Source: Phycisphaerales bacterium
GTDB taxonomy: Bacteria > Planctomycetota > Phycisphaerae > Phycisphaerales > UBA1924
DNA: 64,000 bases
Assembly (NCBI GenBank): GCA_965227775.1
Contig: OZ245777.1
Location: 608,001 to 672,000, forward strand
Direction of reading: 5' to 3'
The notes beneath the pieces were generated by a model. That model did not search any database, was not told the DNA's origin, and saw only the letters and a list, made by a program, of their open reading frames with translations. Below, piece by piece: positions 1 through 10,100 of the stretch; positions within the stretch are counted from its first letter, which is position 1, and the number at the start of each line of letters is the position of its first letter. Both the position numbers and the translations under genes were made by a program.

Positions 1-669
1 ATCGTGCCCGGCTGGCAGTCGCCGACGCTGCCGTTCGGAGATCCGAGGCAAGTCCTCGCGGGCGTCTTGCATCCGACCGAAGTTGATGGACAGCCGTTCA
101 TCACGGGCGTCGATGGCGAGTACGTCTTAGCGATCCAAGCTGCCCAAGCGGGACAGAGGACCAGCGCGGTGCTGCAACCTGACACGGAGTACACACTGAG
201 CTTCCTCGGTGGCATCAGCCGGTTCGACTCGGACTACTTCTTTGCAGTTTCGCTCATCGCAATCGATGACACCGCCACGCTGCCCATCGAAGGCCGTGCG
301 GGCGTGACGCGCCTGGAGATCGGCCGGTTCTTCCCGCCGACCGGGCCCGAAGGGATCATCCGCCGCTACGAGTTCAGCTACATCACGCCCGCGACACTGC
401 CACCCGCGCTCGTCGGCACGCATGTGGGCATCAACGTGTACGGCAGCGACGGCATCCCACGCGTGCTGTACGACGACTTCGCGCTGACGGCAACATCGCT
501 CTCCTGCGTTGCCGATCTTGACGGCGACGGCGAGCTGACAATCTTCGACTTCCTCGAGTTCCAGAGTCTCTTCGACTTGATGGACCCGACTTCTGACTTC
601 GATGGCGACGGAGAATTCACCATCTTCGACTTCCTTGCCTTCCAGAACGCGTTCGATGCGGAGTGCTGA
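1..669 (+). CDS. GC-type dockerin domain-anchored protein (5'-truncated by window edge)
   Basis: Frame is open from base 1. The C-terminus CVADLDGDGELTIFDFLEFQSLFDLMDPTSDFDGDGEFTIFDFLAFQNAFDAEC* has two DxDGDGxxxxFDFLxF EF-hand/dockerin-like repeats and a terminal Cys, typical of Phycisphaerales. Confidence 0.85.
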   Translation: MVPGWQSPTLPFGDPRQVLAGVLHPTEVDGQPFITGVDGEYVLAIQAAQAGQRTSAVLQPDTEYTLSFLGGISRFDSDYFFAVSLIAIDDTATLPIEGRAGVTRLEIGRFFPPTGPEGIIRRYEFSYITPATLPPALVGTHVGINVYGSDGIPRVLYDDFALTATSLSCVADLDGDGELTIFDFLEFQSLFDLMDPTSDFDGDGEFTIFDFLAFQNAFDAEC

Positions 670-674
670 AGACC

Positions 675-692
675 CCGGCTCTGGAGAGCCGG
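675..692 (+). terminator. GC-rich hairpin after stop codon (possible terminator, no U-tract)
   Basis: CCGGCTC-TGGA-GAGCCGG is a perfect 7-bp stem starting 5 nt after the TGA at 669. Confidence 0.4.
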
Positions 693-723
693 AACACTGG
701 CATGCCTACAACTTAGCTCGACC

Positions 724-1842
724 ATGCCCATCGGTGAACACACGATCGACCACCTGCTCGCCTGGCTGCCCTTTGCGGTCGTCCTCCTGGTATCGATCTT
801 CATCGGCCTGGGAATGACCGCGTGGATGCGCCGGGCGAGAGCGGCTGACCGGCGGGTGCACCTGCAGGTCGCCGGCCTCGTGCTGCTCATCGCCACGCTG
901 GTCGCCTTGACGATCACCCTGCCCGCCTCCGAGGGCGGGCTCATCACCGACGGCACCAAGGGCAACCTGCTCGGCCTCATCGGCCTGGGTGTCACAGCGC
1001 TGCTCACGCTCAGCTCGACCACGCTGGCCGCCAACGCCATGGCGGGGCTGATGCTCCGGCGCGTGGGCGCCTTTCGCATGGGCGACTTCATCCGCATCGA
1101 CACGCAGTTCGGCCGTGTCACCGAGCGCGGACTGTTCCACACCGAGATCCAGACCGAAGACCGCGATCTGGTGAGCCTGCCCAACCTGTACATCGCGACC
1201 AACCCCGTGCGCGTCGTCCGCGCCAGCGGTACGATCGTCACGACGGAGGTTTCGCTGGGGTACGACGAGTCGCATGCGGTGGTGCGGCCGCTGCTCATGC
1301 AGGCCGCCGAGTCGGTCGGCTTGGCGGACCCGTACGTGCTGATCGTCTCGCTCGAGGACCATGCCGTGGTATACCGCGTGTGCGGCTTCCTCGCCGAGAT
1401 CAAGACGCTGATCTCGGTGCGGTCGGCGCTGCGCGCCGCGGTGCTCGACTCGATCCACGGCGCCGGCCTGGAGATCGTCTCGCCGGGCTTCATGAACCAG
1501 CGCCCGCTGGACCCGTCGGTCCCTGTGATCCCGCGCGAGCCGGTCGCGCCCGTCAAACCGGAACCAGAGAGCACGGCAGAGAGCGCTCCTGAGAGCATCG
1601 CCTTCGACAAGGCCGAGCACGCCGAGAGGATCGAGCAGCTGTCCGCCGAACGCGAGTCGCTCGCGAAGGAACTGGCCCGACTGGGCCACGACCTCAAGGC
1701 CGCCGACGACGCGGACAAGGCAGCAATAGAAGGCGAGTGTGCGCGTGTGCAGGCCCGGCTGCAAGAAGTCGACGAGGAGATCGAGCGGGAAGTCGCGCCT
1801 GCGCCGGAACCTGAGGCCACTCCAGACAACAAGCGCGGTTAG
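724..1842 (+). CDS. MscS-family small-conductance mechanosensitive channel with C-terminal coiled coil
   Basis: Three N-terminal TM segments, then ANAMAGLML..FRMGDFIRI..FGRVTERGLFHTEIQTEDRDLVSLPN (MscS beta domain) and a charged helical tail. Confidence 0.85.
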   Translation: MPIGEHTIDHLLAWLPFAVVLLVSIFIGLGMTAWMRRARAADRRVHLQVAGLVLLIATLVALTITLPASEGGLITDGTKGNLLGLIGLGVTALLTLSSTTLAANAMAGLMLRRVGAFRMGDFIRIDTQFGRVTERGLFHTEIQTEDRDLVSLPNLYIATNPVRVVRASGTIVTTEVSLGYDESHAVVRPLLMQAAESVGLADPYVLIVSLEDHAVVYRVCGFLAEIKTLISVRSALRAAVLDSIHGAGLEIVSPGFMNQRPLDPSVPVIPREPVAPVKPEPESTAESAPESIAFDKAEHAERIEQLSAERESLAKELARLGHDLKAADDADKAAIEGECARVQARLQEVDEEIEREVAPAPEPEATPDNKRG

Positions 1843-1949
1843 AGCGTACCGGTTCGCCGCGAATTATCGCAACTCTCACACTGGCGGATACTCGTAATCG
1901 CGTGTGAGCTCCAAGGCTGCACGGGTTTCCCAGAGAAGCCGCCAGACGC

Positions 1950-2936
1950 TCATACAGCGTTGACCGCGTAGCGCTCCTGGTTGTCGTGCAGGTGCTTGAG
2001 CTGCTTGCGCAGGTCGTTCACCAGATTCCAGTACAGGATCAGCGCGATCAGCGGCCCGACGAGGATGATCGCGCCCACTGTCGCCAGCAGCGGCACCAGC
2101 CACGCGTTGCGCTTGCCGCGCCTGTGGATGTCCTGGTCGGGGATGCGCTGGCCCAGCCAGCCCACGTAGAGCATCTGCACGATGTAGCCCCCCACGCCAA
2201 CAAGGGTGCCCAGCAGGCCGAACCCGCCGACCAGGGCGATCGCTCCCATGCTCGCACCGGCAGTGCCCGGGCCGGACGGCGCGGTGGACGCGGGCGAGAC
2301 GCCGATGGCCAGGCCCGCGACGAACTGCAGCGCCGTAAGCCCGGCGCTGGCGATCAGCAGCCCGCGCACCCAGATCCGGGCCTTGTCCAAGTGCGTCGAT
2401 TTGTGCGCCGGCATCGCGGTGCTCAGCAGCCACCAGCCGTAGAGCAGCACCAGGCCCAGCACCAACCCGCCAATGCTGGCCAGCGCCTCCACCACCACCG
2501 GGGCGGTCCCGATCGGGCTGCTCGCTGCGAAGTACATCCCCACACCAAAGCTCAGGACGAAGAACACGACCATGACCAGGATCGTCACGACGACGATGGA
2601 GGCCCCGCGGTGCAACGTCGCGAGGTACGCCGCCGGAGCGAAGGCCAGCAGGTCGCCCCGAAGCGAATTGGCGATGGGCGTGCCGCACTCGGGGCACTGG
2701 CCGTTGGGCGAGAGCCCCGCCAGGTCGTAGCCACAGCCCACGCACAAGGCCCCATCGCGGACGCGGCCGGTGGGCAGGCCGCCGGGCGTGGTGGGCGGGG
2801 CGCTGGGCCGGAGATGATCGGGGACGGGCGGCGGGGATGCGACCTCCGCCTCGGGTTCGAGCTCGTACCCGATCTCGCCCTCGATCTCATCGTCAAAACC
2901 GTCGCCACCGGGCCGATCGCTGGTATTGTCACGCAT
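1950..2936 (-). CDS. Hypothetical membrane protein with double zinc-ribbon motif
   Basis: Start taken at ATG 2936 (MRDNTSD). Acidic/Pro-rich N-terminus, CVGCGYDLAGLSPNGQCPECG, then about 5 hydrophobic TM segments. Confidence 0.75.
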   Translation of the reverse strand: MRDNTSDRPGGDGFDDEIEGEIGYELEPEAEVASPPPVPDHLRPSAPPTTPGGLPTGRVRDGALCVGCGYDLAGLSPNGQCPECGTPIANSLRGDLLAFAPAAYLATLHRGASIVVVTILVMVVFFVLSFGVGMYFAASSPIGTAPVVVEALASIGGLVLGLVLLYGWWLLSTAMPAHKSTHLDKARIWVRGLLIASAGLTALQFVAGLAIGVSPASTAPSGPGTAGASMGAIALVGGFGLLGTLVGVGGYIVQMLYVGWLGQRIPDQDIHRRGKRNAWLVPLLATVGAIILVGPLIALILYWNLVNDLRKQLKHLHDNQERYAVNAV

Positions 2937-3051
2937 GGTTTGAGCGTAGCAAGCGGCGTCTCGATGTGCCCAGGTCCTCAAGGTCGCTGCCAGACTCGTG
3001 TCCAAACTGAGCCAAGACAGACACGTGACAGACTCTGCGCAGAGACACAAG

Positions 3052-4113
3052 CTAAGACTTGATGTAGTCCTCAAGCCGCTGCTGCTGCTTCCTCAGCTGA
3101 TCCGACAGCTTCTGTAGAGTCTGCTTTAACTCGTCGACCTTGATCCTACCAATGCTCTGAATTGTTAGTTGAGGTTGAACAATGCCACTAGTGGCTTCGA
3201 TGTACTCATCAAGCGCGTTTTCCCATCGACTAGACAGCTTGCTGATTCGGTCATCCCAGCGGTTCTCATGATCGCGAAACTCCCCGCTGCTGCGTGCCAA
3301 GTGCAGTGCGACAACCGTGTTCCTTTTGCTACCGAATCGGTTTCCCTGATACTGCTGACGAATTTTCTCAATTTCTTCGGTGTGCTGTAGCCTGTATTGC
3401 ACATATGCACGGGACACCGGACTGAGACCATCCAGCTCCTTTGTTGCCTGCTTGACGACCGCAAGAGCTGGCTTTGCCTGTTCAGCAACTTCACCTGCGG
3501 CTTCCAACTCAGGTACGCCAGAAGACGACCCTAGAACCTTCAGCGTGGCAGCCACCTTGTCCAAAGCACTAGAGGTCTTCTGTACAACAGGCTCAATCTG
3601 CTTGCGCCAGCGCTCCAATCTAATCTGCGTGGACAATGCAACCGAGGTGTCTTGATCAATCTTTTTGAGACCACCTACAATGGCGTTGTGCAACTCCGCC
3701 AACTGTCGGCCCTCAGTTGCAAGACGACCCCAAGTTTTGCGTTCGTTGTCATACCACTCCTGGTAGAGGTCCGACAGTCGGTCCCGGTCCTCTGAATACT
3801 TGTCTTTCCAAACCCTAGTGGCTTCACCCCAAGCATTGCTGAGCTCGCGCCGAGCCACCTTACACGCCGCGGTCCACGCACCCGGGTCGCCTCTTTCCGA
3901 TGCGATGATCTTGTCTAGCTTTGCAAGCTGGGCCCGGCTCACCTTTATGTAGTCTTGAAGGGGCGCCAGGACATCGGGCGGTGCGGCCACCGTTGAGCTG
4001 AGCCTGGGTAAGTCTTCGCCGGCAAGCGCCTTACGAGTCGTCGTGACGCTGAGCACCATACACGCGATGACTAGAAGGGCTGCGTACGTCTTGCAGGTGT
4101 TCAAGTTATTCAT
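3052..4113 (-). CDS. Hypothetical secreted helical/coiled-coil protein (atypical codon usage)
   Basis: ATG at 4113 overlaps the TGA of the upstream gene (TGATG). Signal-peptide-like YAALLVIACMVLSV..ALA; Lys/Glu/Gln-rich helical sequence; visibly more A/T than the flanks. Confidence 0.7.
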   Translation of the reverse strand: MNNLNTCKTYAALLVIACMVLSVTTTRKALAGEDLPRLSSTVAAPPDVLAPLQDYIKVSRAQLAKLDKIIASERGDPGAWTAACKVARRELSNAWGEATRVWKDKYSEDRDRLSDLYQEWYDNERKTWGRLATEGRQLAELHNAIVGGLKKIDQDTSVALSTQIRLERWRKQIEPVVQKTSSALDKVAATLKVLGSSSGVPELEAAGEVAEQAKPALAVVKQATKELDGLSPVSRAYVQYRLQHTEEIEKIRQQYQGNRFGSKRNTVVALHLARSSGEFRDHENRWDDRISKLSSRWENALDEYIEATSGIVQPQLTIQSIGRIKVDELKQTLQKLSDQLRKQQQRLEDYIKS

Positions 4114-5435
4114 CAGAAAGTCACCCCGAAACTGTTGATGATGTACCACTGGCCACCGTCTTCGCGCTCTAACTGGAGCGCACGCGGGCGTGCGGTCTGC
4201 ACGCCGCGCACATCAAATAGTCGAACTTCTACGGTTACTTGCTCGATCTTGACGACGCCGTCGTCTTCTTGCTCGTCCGCCCCGCCTCCATCGCCAAAGA
4301 GATCCTCCAGCGCGTCGGCCGCTTCGGTACCACCCTGGATGACCTCGATCTCGCCCACCGACCATGGCTCGGCGTGGGCGTGGTGCTCGACAAATCCCTT
4401 TATGTTCTGATCGTAGATGTAGTCCACGCTGGTGCCCGTGCGTTCGTCGGGGTTCATGCACGCCAGGTATAGCTCCTTGTTCTTCTCCTTGATAGCTGTA
4501 ACAAAGAGCCGAACTACGTCATCCGGCGACGCGTCTGCGGGAACGCCGGTTGCCGTGAAGGTCAGCGAGTTGGCCAATTCGTCCTCGGCAGAAAAAGTTG
4601 CTTGCGGCGGGTTGCCACTGACCTCGGCCGCGACGACGCCCGGAACGGAGAACGCGACCGGTTCGACGACCCAGCCAACATACGCGTTACCGACGCCGCC
4701 CTCGCCCTCGCCTGGAACGAGCAGGTGCGAGCCCACGACCTTGGCGATAATGTGCCAGTCTCCCTGGTCCAGCACGCTCACCGCGCGCTGGTAGCGCCGC
4801 ATTGCCTCGAACAACGCCGTGTACGCCCGCCCGCTGGCGTCAATGTATACGTAGCCGTACTCGGCCGATCCCCCGCCGATCCAGTTCAGGCCATTCTGGC
4901 GAAAGAGATCGGCCTCAACGTCTGCCACAAAGGACACGTGCGTGCCAGCTACCTCCTCGAGCTCGGTCTGCATCGGGTCTGGCAGCGACTCGAGTCCCAC
5001 CGGTTTCGTCGAGTCTGATACTCCCTGCCAGTGCTCGGCCGCCCGCTCGGCGATGATGGACGCGACGTCTTCCTCACGCGAGCGATACGCCAGCATGTCC
5101 TCCGTGAGTTCCATGCGTGTGCCCAGACGCTGCTCGTAGACCAGCTTGGCACGCGCAAACAGGGACTGCAGCGTCTCGTGGTCTGGGTAGTCACGAGCCA
5201 GTTTGCCGATCTCCTGGAGCAACTCGATTTGCCCGGAAGACAGCTCATACGGCTGCCCTCGCAGCATGGACACCGTGTCCTCGATCTTCTCCAACTGATA
5301 GTCGTAATTGTCCAGTTCCAATCGACTCGGCTGCGCCGTTGCCATCGCGGCGGCTAGGACGATGACCAGGACAGCCAAAAACCAGGATGCCTGAGCACCC
5401 CGGACACACCCCGTTCGTTCTTGTACTTCTTGCAT
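4113..5435 (-). CDS. Hypothetical exported protein
   Basis: Start taken at ATG 5435 (MQEVQE). Signal peptide WFLAVLVIVLAAAMATA-Q; long acidic ORF; C-terminal segment PDDVVRLFVTAIKEKNKELYLACM..GQWYI resembles an NTF2-like fold. Confidence 0.75.
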   Translation of the reverse strand: MQEVQERTGCVRGAQASWFLAVLVIVLAAAMATAQPSRLELDNYDYQLEKIEDTVSMLRGQPYELSSGQIELLQEIGKLARDYPDHETLQSLFARAKLVYEQRLGTRMELTEDMLAYRSREEDVASIIAERAAEHWQGVSDSTKPVGLESLPDPMQTELEEVAGTHVSFVADVEADLFRQNGLNWIGGGSAEYGYVYIDASGRAYTALFEAMRRYQRAVSVLDQGDWHIIAKVVGSHLLVPGEGEGGVGNAYVGWVVEPVAFSVPGVVAAEVSGNPPQATFSAEDELANSLTFTATGVPADASPDDVVRLFVTAIKEKNKELYLACMNPDERTGTSVDYIYDQNIKGFVEHHAHAEPWSVGEIEVIQGGTEAADALEDLFGDGGGADEQEDDGVVKIEQVTVEVRLFDVRGVQTARPRALQLEREDGGQWYIINSFGVTF

Positions 5436-5609
5436 CCATACCCCCTTGCTGCAATCAAGCCTTACCGACAGCGATGCGCGACCTAGCCACCTCCGGTACG
5501 CGGCAAGGCCACATTTGAGATAGCGTACAAGGAAGCTTCTACTCACGCAAAAAAACATTCTCCTGACATGCAACACCCGAAACTTCGGCGGGCCGGGGTC
5601 TCAATGAGA

Positions 5610-5647
5610 ACGCGCAGCTCCTGCGCGTCCGGACATGGGAATGGGGC
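5610..5647 (+). repeat. 38-bp intergenic direct repeat, copy 1
   Basis: ACGCGCAGCTCCTGCGCGTCCGGACATGGGAATGGGGC, 34/38 identical to 6275-6312. Contains the perfect hairpin ACGCGCAG-CTC-CTGCGCGT. Confidence 0.75.
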
Positions 5648-5720
5648 GAGTTCGCGAGCGCCGCCACATCGGACGGATTAGGCTACCGCGATACGACGCG
5701 CCATTTTGGGGGCCACCGCC

Positions 5721-6254
5721 ATGACCGAACCATCCGCAGCACTCGCCCTGTCGCCCGACCCAGGCTCTAAGGATGCCCGTGCGCTGGCACTCGCACTCCA
5801 GGACCAGGTGCTCAAGGCCTGGGAGTTTTACATCAAGTTCTACACCGTGTTCCACGCGGTGAACTTCGTGGCCCTTGGCCTGGTTATCGAGAAGGTCAAC
5901 GACCCGTGGAACCGGCTGTTCATCGCGCTGGCGTTCATCGCCCAGAACGCGGTGTCGGGCGTCACAGCGGTAGCCATGGCCCGCTACACCGAGCGCGTAG
6001 CCGACCAGCAGTGCGAGTTGGGCTTTGCACAACTGGTCCGCTATCGCAAGGCCGGCGTGTGGGGCGGCTACGGCAACGCCATCGGCCACGCGGTCATCGC
6101 TTGCCTGTGGTTCGCCCTGATCATCGCGGGTTTTGCGAGCGACCCACACGCGGGCACGGCCGACGGCACGGGGCACACCACCGTGACCACGACGACCACA
6201 TCCACGACCACCAGCCCAGCCCCGACACCCCCTCTAGGCGAGCCTGAGCCGTAA
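5721..6254 (+). CDS. Hypothetical membrane protein (about 3 TM) with Thr/Pro-rich tail
   Basis: ATG 5721. Hydrophobic segments FYTVFHAVNFVALGLVI, LFIALAFIAQNAVSGVTAVAM and AVIACLWFALIIAGF; tail TTVTTTTTSTTTSPAPTPP. Confidence 0.7.
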   Translation: MTEPSAALALSPDPGSKDARALALALQDQVLKAWEFYIKFYTVFHAVNFVALGLVIEKVNDPWNRLFIALAFIAQNAVSGVTAVAMARYTERVADQQCELGFAQLVRYRKAGVWGGYGNAIGHAVIACLWFALIIAGFASDPHAGTADGTGHTTVTTTTTSTTTSPAPTPPLGEPEP

Positions 6255-6274
6255 GCCGGAGTGGCCAGGTTGTG

Positions 6275-6312
6275 ACGCGCAGCGCCTCCGCGCCCGGACA
6301 TGGGATTGGGGC
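6275..6312 (+). repeat. 38-bp intergenic direct repeat, copy 2
   Basis: ACGCGCAGCGCCTCCGCGCCCGGACATGGGATTGGGGC, with 4 mismatches to copy 1. Confidence 0.75.
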
Positions 6313-6388
6313 TGCGGGCCGTGCGGCGGTTCAAGGTGGCTTCGGGCACGCCCAGAACTACCTTGGACCCCCGCCTGTACCATCGACC

Positions 6389-7165
6389 ATGGCCGAGCCC
6401 AACCAGCCCATCGACCAGCCCGCGCCGCCACCACTCCCGCCAGAACTGCCGCGGCCGCAGCGCGGCGGGGAGGACGCCGGGCTGACCGGGCGGCTGCGCG
6501 CGGTCGAGGTCCGCACGGACGATCTGGTCAAGCTGCGCGTGGTGTTCGTCGCACTGGTGCGGCTGGCCGGGCTCATGCTCGCGTTCATGAGCCTGTTCCC
6601 CTTCGCCTGGTGGCTCGCCGAGGGCCTGGCCGACGGCGACCTGTGGTGGCTTGGGTACTACTGGCCGCGCATCACGGCGGGCGCTGTCATGCTGTTCGGC
6701 GGCGTGGCCACCGTGTTCTTTGGCGGGCTGATCGGTCGCTTCTTGCTGCGGCCGCGCGGCGGGCCGGTTGCCTGCCCGATGTGCCGGTTCGAGCTCACGA
6801 GCCTCGATCAGGGACGATGCACCGAGTGCGGCTACGAGGTGACGCCCGCCCTGCCGCGCTTGGCGATGCCGCCGATGGAGCGCGTGTACGTGGCGCGCAT
6901 GATCGCGGCCGCCTGCGTGCGCGGCTTTGCCGTAGTATTGCTGGTCATCGCGGCGATCCGCCTGATCCAGTTCTTGGCAGAGGCAGTGTTCCCCGACGTC
7001 TTCGTCGCATACTGGGACGACGGCTCGGCAATGTACTACTCGCTTGCAAACGGAGTCGCGCTCGCAGCGATCGGCCTGGCCTTGCTGCTCGCCGCCGGGC
7101 CCATCGCGGCCGTGCTTGTGCCAAAGGCGTGGGCCCGCAAGCTCGCCGAGAGCCGCGAGCCCTAG
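6389..7165 (+). CDS. Hypothetical membrane protein with central double zinc-ribbon motif
   Basis: ATG 6389 (MAEPNQP). 2 TM + CPMCRFELTSLDQGRCTECGY + 2 TM. Confidence 0.75.
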   Translation: MAEPNQPIDQPAPPPLPPELPRPQRGGEDAGLTGRLRAVEVRTDDLVKLRVVFVALVRLAGLMLAFMSLFPFAWWLAEGLADGDLWWLGYYWPRITAGAVMLFGGVATVFFGGLIGRFLLRPRGGPVACPMCRFELTSLDQGRCTECGYEVTPALPRLAMPPMERVYVARMIAAACVRGFAVVLLVIAAIRLIQFLAEAVFPDVFVAYWDDGSAMYYSLANGVALAAIGLALLLAAGPIAAVLVPKAWARKLAESREP

Positions 7166-7174
7166 ACTCGGCCG

Positions 7175-10100
7175 ATGCCCCCCCACTGGCCGACCCGCAC
7201 GCCCCGCCACAAGCCCGCCCGACGGATGTTTCCCCTCGGGCTAGCGTGCGCGATCGGGCTCGCGGGTGCCGCGCACGCCCAGCCGACCAGCGAGCGGTTT
7301 ACCGAAGAGCAAGTGTTGAGGTTCCAGATCGATCCCCTTGCGATCACGGGCGAGGGGTTCGGCCCCGTTCGCCTGCCGGTCGGTTCTAGTGACCAGGCGG
7401 CGGTGCGCTCGATCGAGCTCGCGGGCCGGCGGGCCTGGACGTGGATCGATGAGCCGCTGATACCCGGCGCGGCTCCGACCAAACGCGTGCTCATCGAGGG
7501 CGACGTGCGTGTCACGATGGGAACGCTCGAGCTGCGAGCCACACGGCTGCACGGGTGGGTGCAGTCTGTCGATGATGCGCGTGAAGGCCAGACGCCGGCT
7601 TCGGGCGGCCAGCAGTTCTACCTGCTGCTCGAAGAAGCGACCATGCCGACGAGCGCGCCGGGTTCGGGCATCGCCGGACCGCTGGTGCCGATCGAGGGCC
7701 TCCTGGCACGCGGTGGCAGGATCGAGCTGTCCGCGATCGTGTCGAAGCCGGGCCCGCCTGCGTTTGAGGTGTCGGCCGTCGAGCGGCGCGAGTACCGCGC
7801 CGTCACGGTAGCCGAGGCGGTCTTCGCGGATCGATTGCGTGAGGCGGTGGGCCTGGCCCTCCCACGCGTGACGAGTGAGCAGCTTGCCGCCGAGGATCGC
7901 GCGCTGCGCAGCGTGCTGCAGACCGCGCGCGAGCGGCTCGCGCTCGGCGAGGTACGCGACCCGATCCTGCCAGCGCGCGGCCGCGTAAGCTTCTCGGCCG
8001 CGGGCATCGAGCAAGTACGACTGGGTGATGGCAGCGATGGCTCGCCGCCCTACGCGGTCGTGATGCGCGGGCCGGTGACCATCTTGTTCGACGACGCGGC
8101 AAACGGTCGCCGGGCACAGCTCACGGCGCAGGACGCCGTCTTGTTCCACAAGGCCAATCTCGTCGGAACGCCGCGCTTGGACGCTGCGGACGTCTTGGGC
8201 CTGTACTTGGAGGGCGCCGTCATCGCCGACATCGAGCGTGCCCAGGGCAGGCGCGGCGTCGATCGCTACCGCGTGCGCTCGCCACGGGTGTACTACGACC
8301 TCGCCGGCGACCGCGCACTCTTGCTCGATGCGGTCTTTCGGGCCGAGCCGGCGGGCAGCCCAACGCCCATCTACGTCCGGGCGCGCGAGATCCGCCAGCA
8401 GTCGCTGGGCGAAACCGTAGCCGACCAGGCGCGCATCACCACGACGGGCTTCTTCCGCCCGCACCTGGCTCTGGGCGCGAGCACGCTGACGCTCCGCCTC
8501 GAGGATCGCCCGGGCGACGGGCTGCAGGGCGGCACGCGGATGATCGCCGATGCGCGCAACATCACGGCTCGGGCCATGGGCATCCCGTTCCTCTACTGGC
8601 CCATCTACGTCGGTGATCCCTCACAGATTCCGCTTCGCGACATCACGATCGAGACGAGCGATCGCCACGGCGACGTGCTGCGGACGACCTGGGACGCGTT
8701 CGCGCTGGCTGGCTACGAGCCGCCACCGGGCATCGATCTCGACCTGCTCATCGACGCGTATTTCCAACGCGGCGCAGCGCTCGGCGGTGAGCTGACCTGG
8801 GACGGGTATGCCGGCGGCAGCGGCAGCCTCTTCGTATACAACCTCTTCAACGACACCGGACGCGATCTGCTGCCCACCGGCGCGCGCATCGACCGCGATG
8901 GGGAGAACCGAACGATCGCCATGCTCGAGCACCTCGGCCGCCTGAACGACGAGTGGACGCTGCGGGCCGAGGCATCGTGGTTCTCCGATGAGAACGTCGT
9001 GGCTGCGTTCTTCCCCGACATGACCTTTACGCGGCGTGAGCCCTCGAGCGGCGCCTCGCTGCAGCGTATCGATGATCGCAGCATGATGCTGCTTGGTGTC
9101 AACGCCCAGATCAGTGATTTCGTTGTCAGCGACTACCAGCTTCGCGCGCGCGGATACGAGACCGAGCGCCTGCCCGAGCTGCGCTACGTGCGACCGGGCG
9201 ACGACCTGCTGGCAGACGGGGCTCCGGGTCTGCTGACCTATCGCAGCGATAGCCGTGTCGGCCTGCTGCGACTGAGCTTCACCGAGCCGACGGCGGCCGA
9301 CCTTGGCTTCACCTCGGTCTCGCGCGCCCAGGCGGCGCTGGGCGTCAATCCGAGCGAGAGCCCGGGCGATCGCTTGCGCGCAGAAGGGCTCGACGAATCG
9401 TCGGTCTTCCGCTTTGACACGCTGCACGAGCTGAGCAGCCAGCTCGAAGCCGGACCGGTGCGGATCCAGCCGTTTGCGACGGGGCGACTGACGGGATACG
9501 ACACCGATTTCGACGATTACTCCGCCGTCACGGGCGAGGATGCCGACTCGCTGATCGCTCGGGGCGCCATTGGCACACGCCTTTCGACCCAGCTGACGCG
9601 CGTCTACGACGGCGTCGACATCGACGCGCTCGACCTGCACCGCATTCGGCACGTGGTCGAACCCAATGCCACGCTCTGGTACGGAGACTCGACGGTCGCC
9701 CAGGGCGCGATCCCGGTGTACGACGAGAACGTGGAGAACTTTGCAGAGGGACCGGCCGTGCGCTTCGGCGTCGACCAGACCTTCCAAACGATGCGGGGCT
9801 CGCTGGGCACCTACGAGTCGGTCGACGTCTTACGCCTTGGCACGCACTTCACGTTCGCCGGAGAGGATCGCATCGACGAGGACCGCACGCCGCGGTTCTT
9901 TGACGCGTATCCGGAGCGCAGCCAGCTTGGCGACACGTTTGACGTTGAAGCCGCGTGGCGGCCAACCGACGCGCTGGGTATCACCGGCCAGTGGATCTAC
10001 GACCTCGAAGAGAATCGGACGGCCGAGGGTGTGGCTGGTGTCTCGATTGACCACATGCCCGACGTGCGCCTGTTCGCCGAGGTGCGGCACCTTGGCTTCA

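Noticed and set aside
5600..5690. Integron attC site interpretation of the 38-bp repeat and its hairpin
   Set aside because: There is an AAC at 5609-5611 but no correctly placed complementary GTTRRRY box (the sequence reads GATTAGGC). Copy 2 lacks the long stem and no integron integrase is in the window. Kept only as an unexplained repeat.
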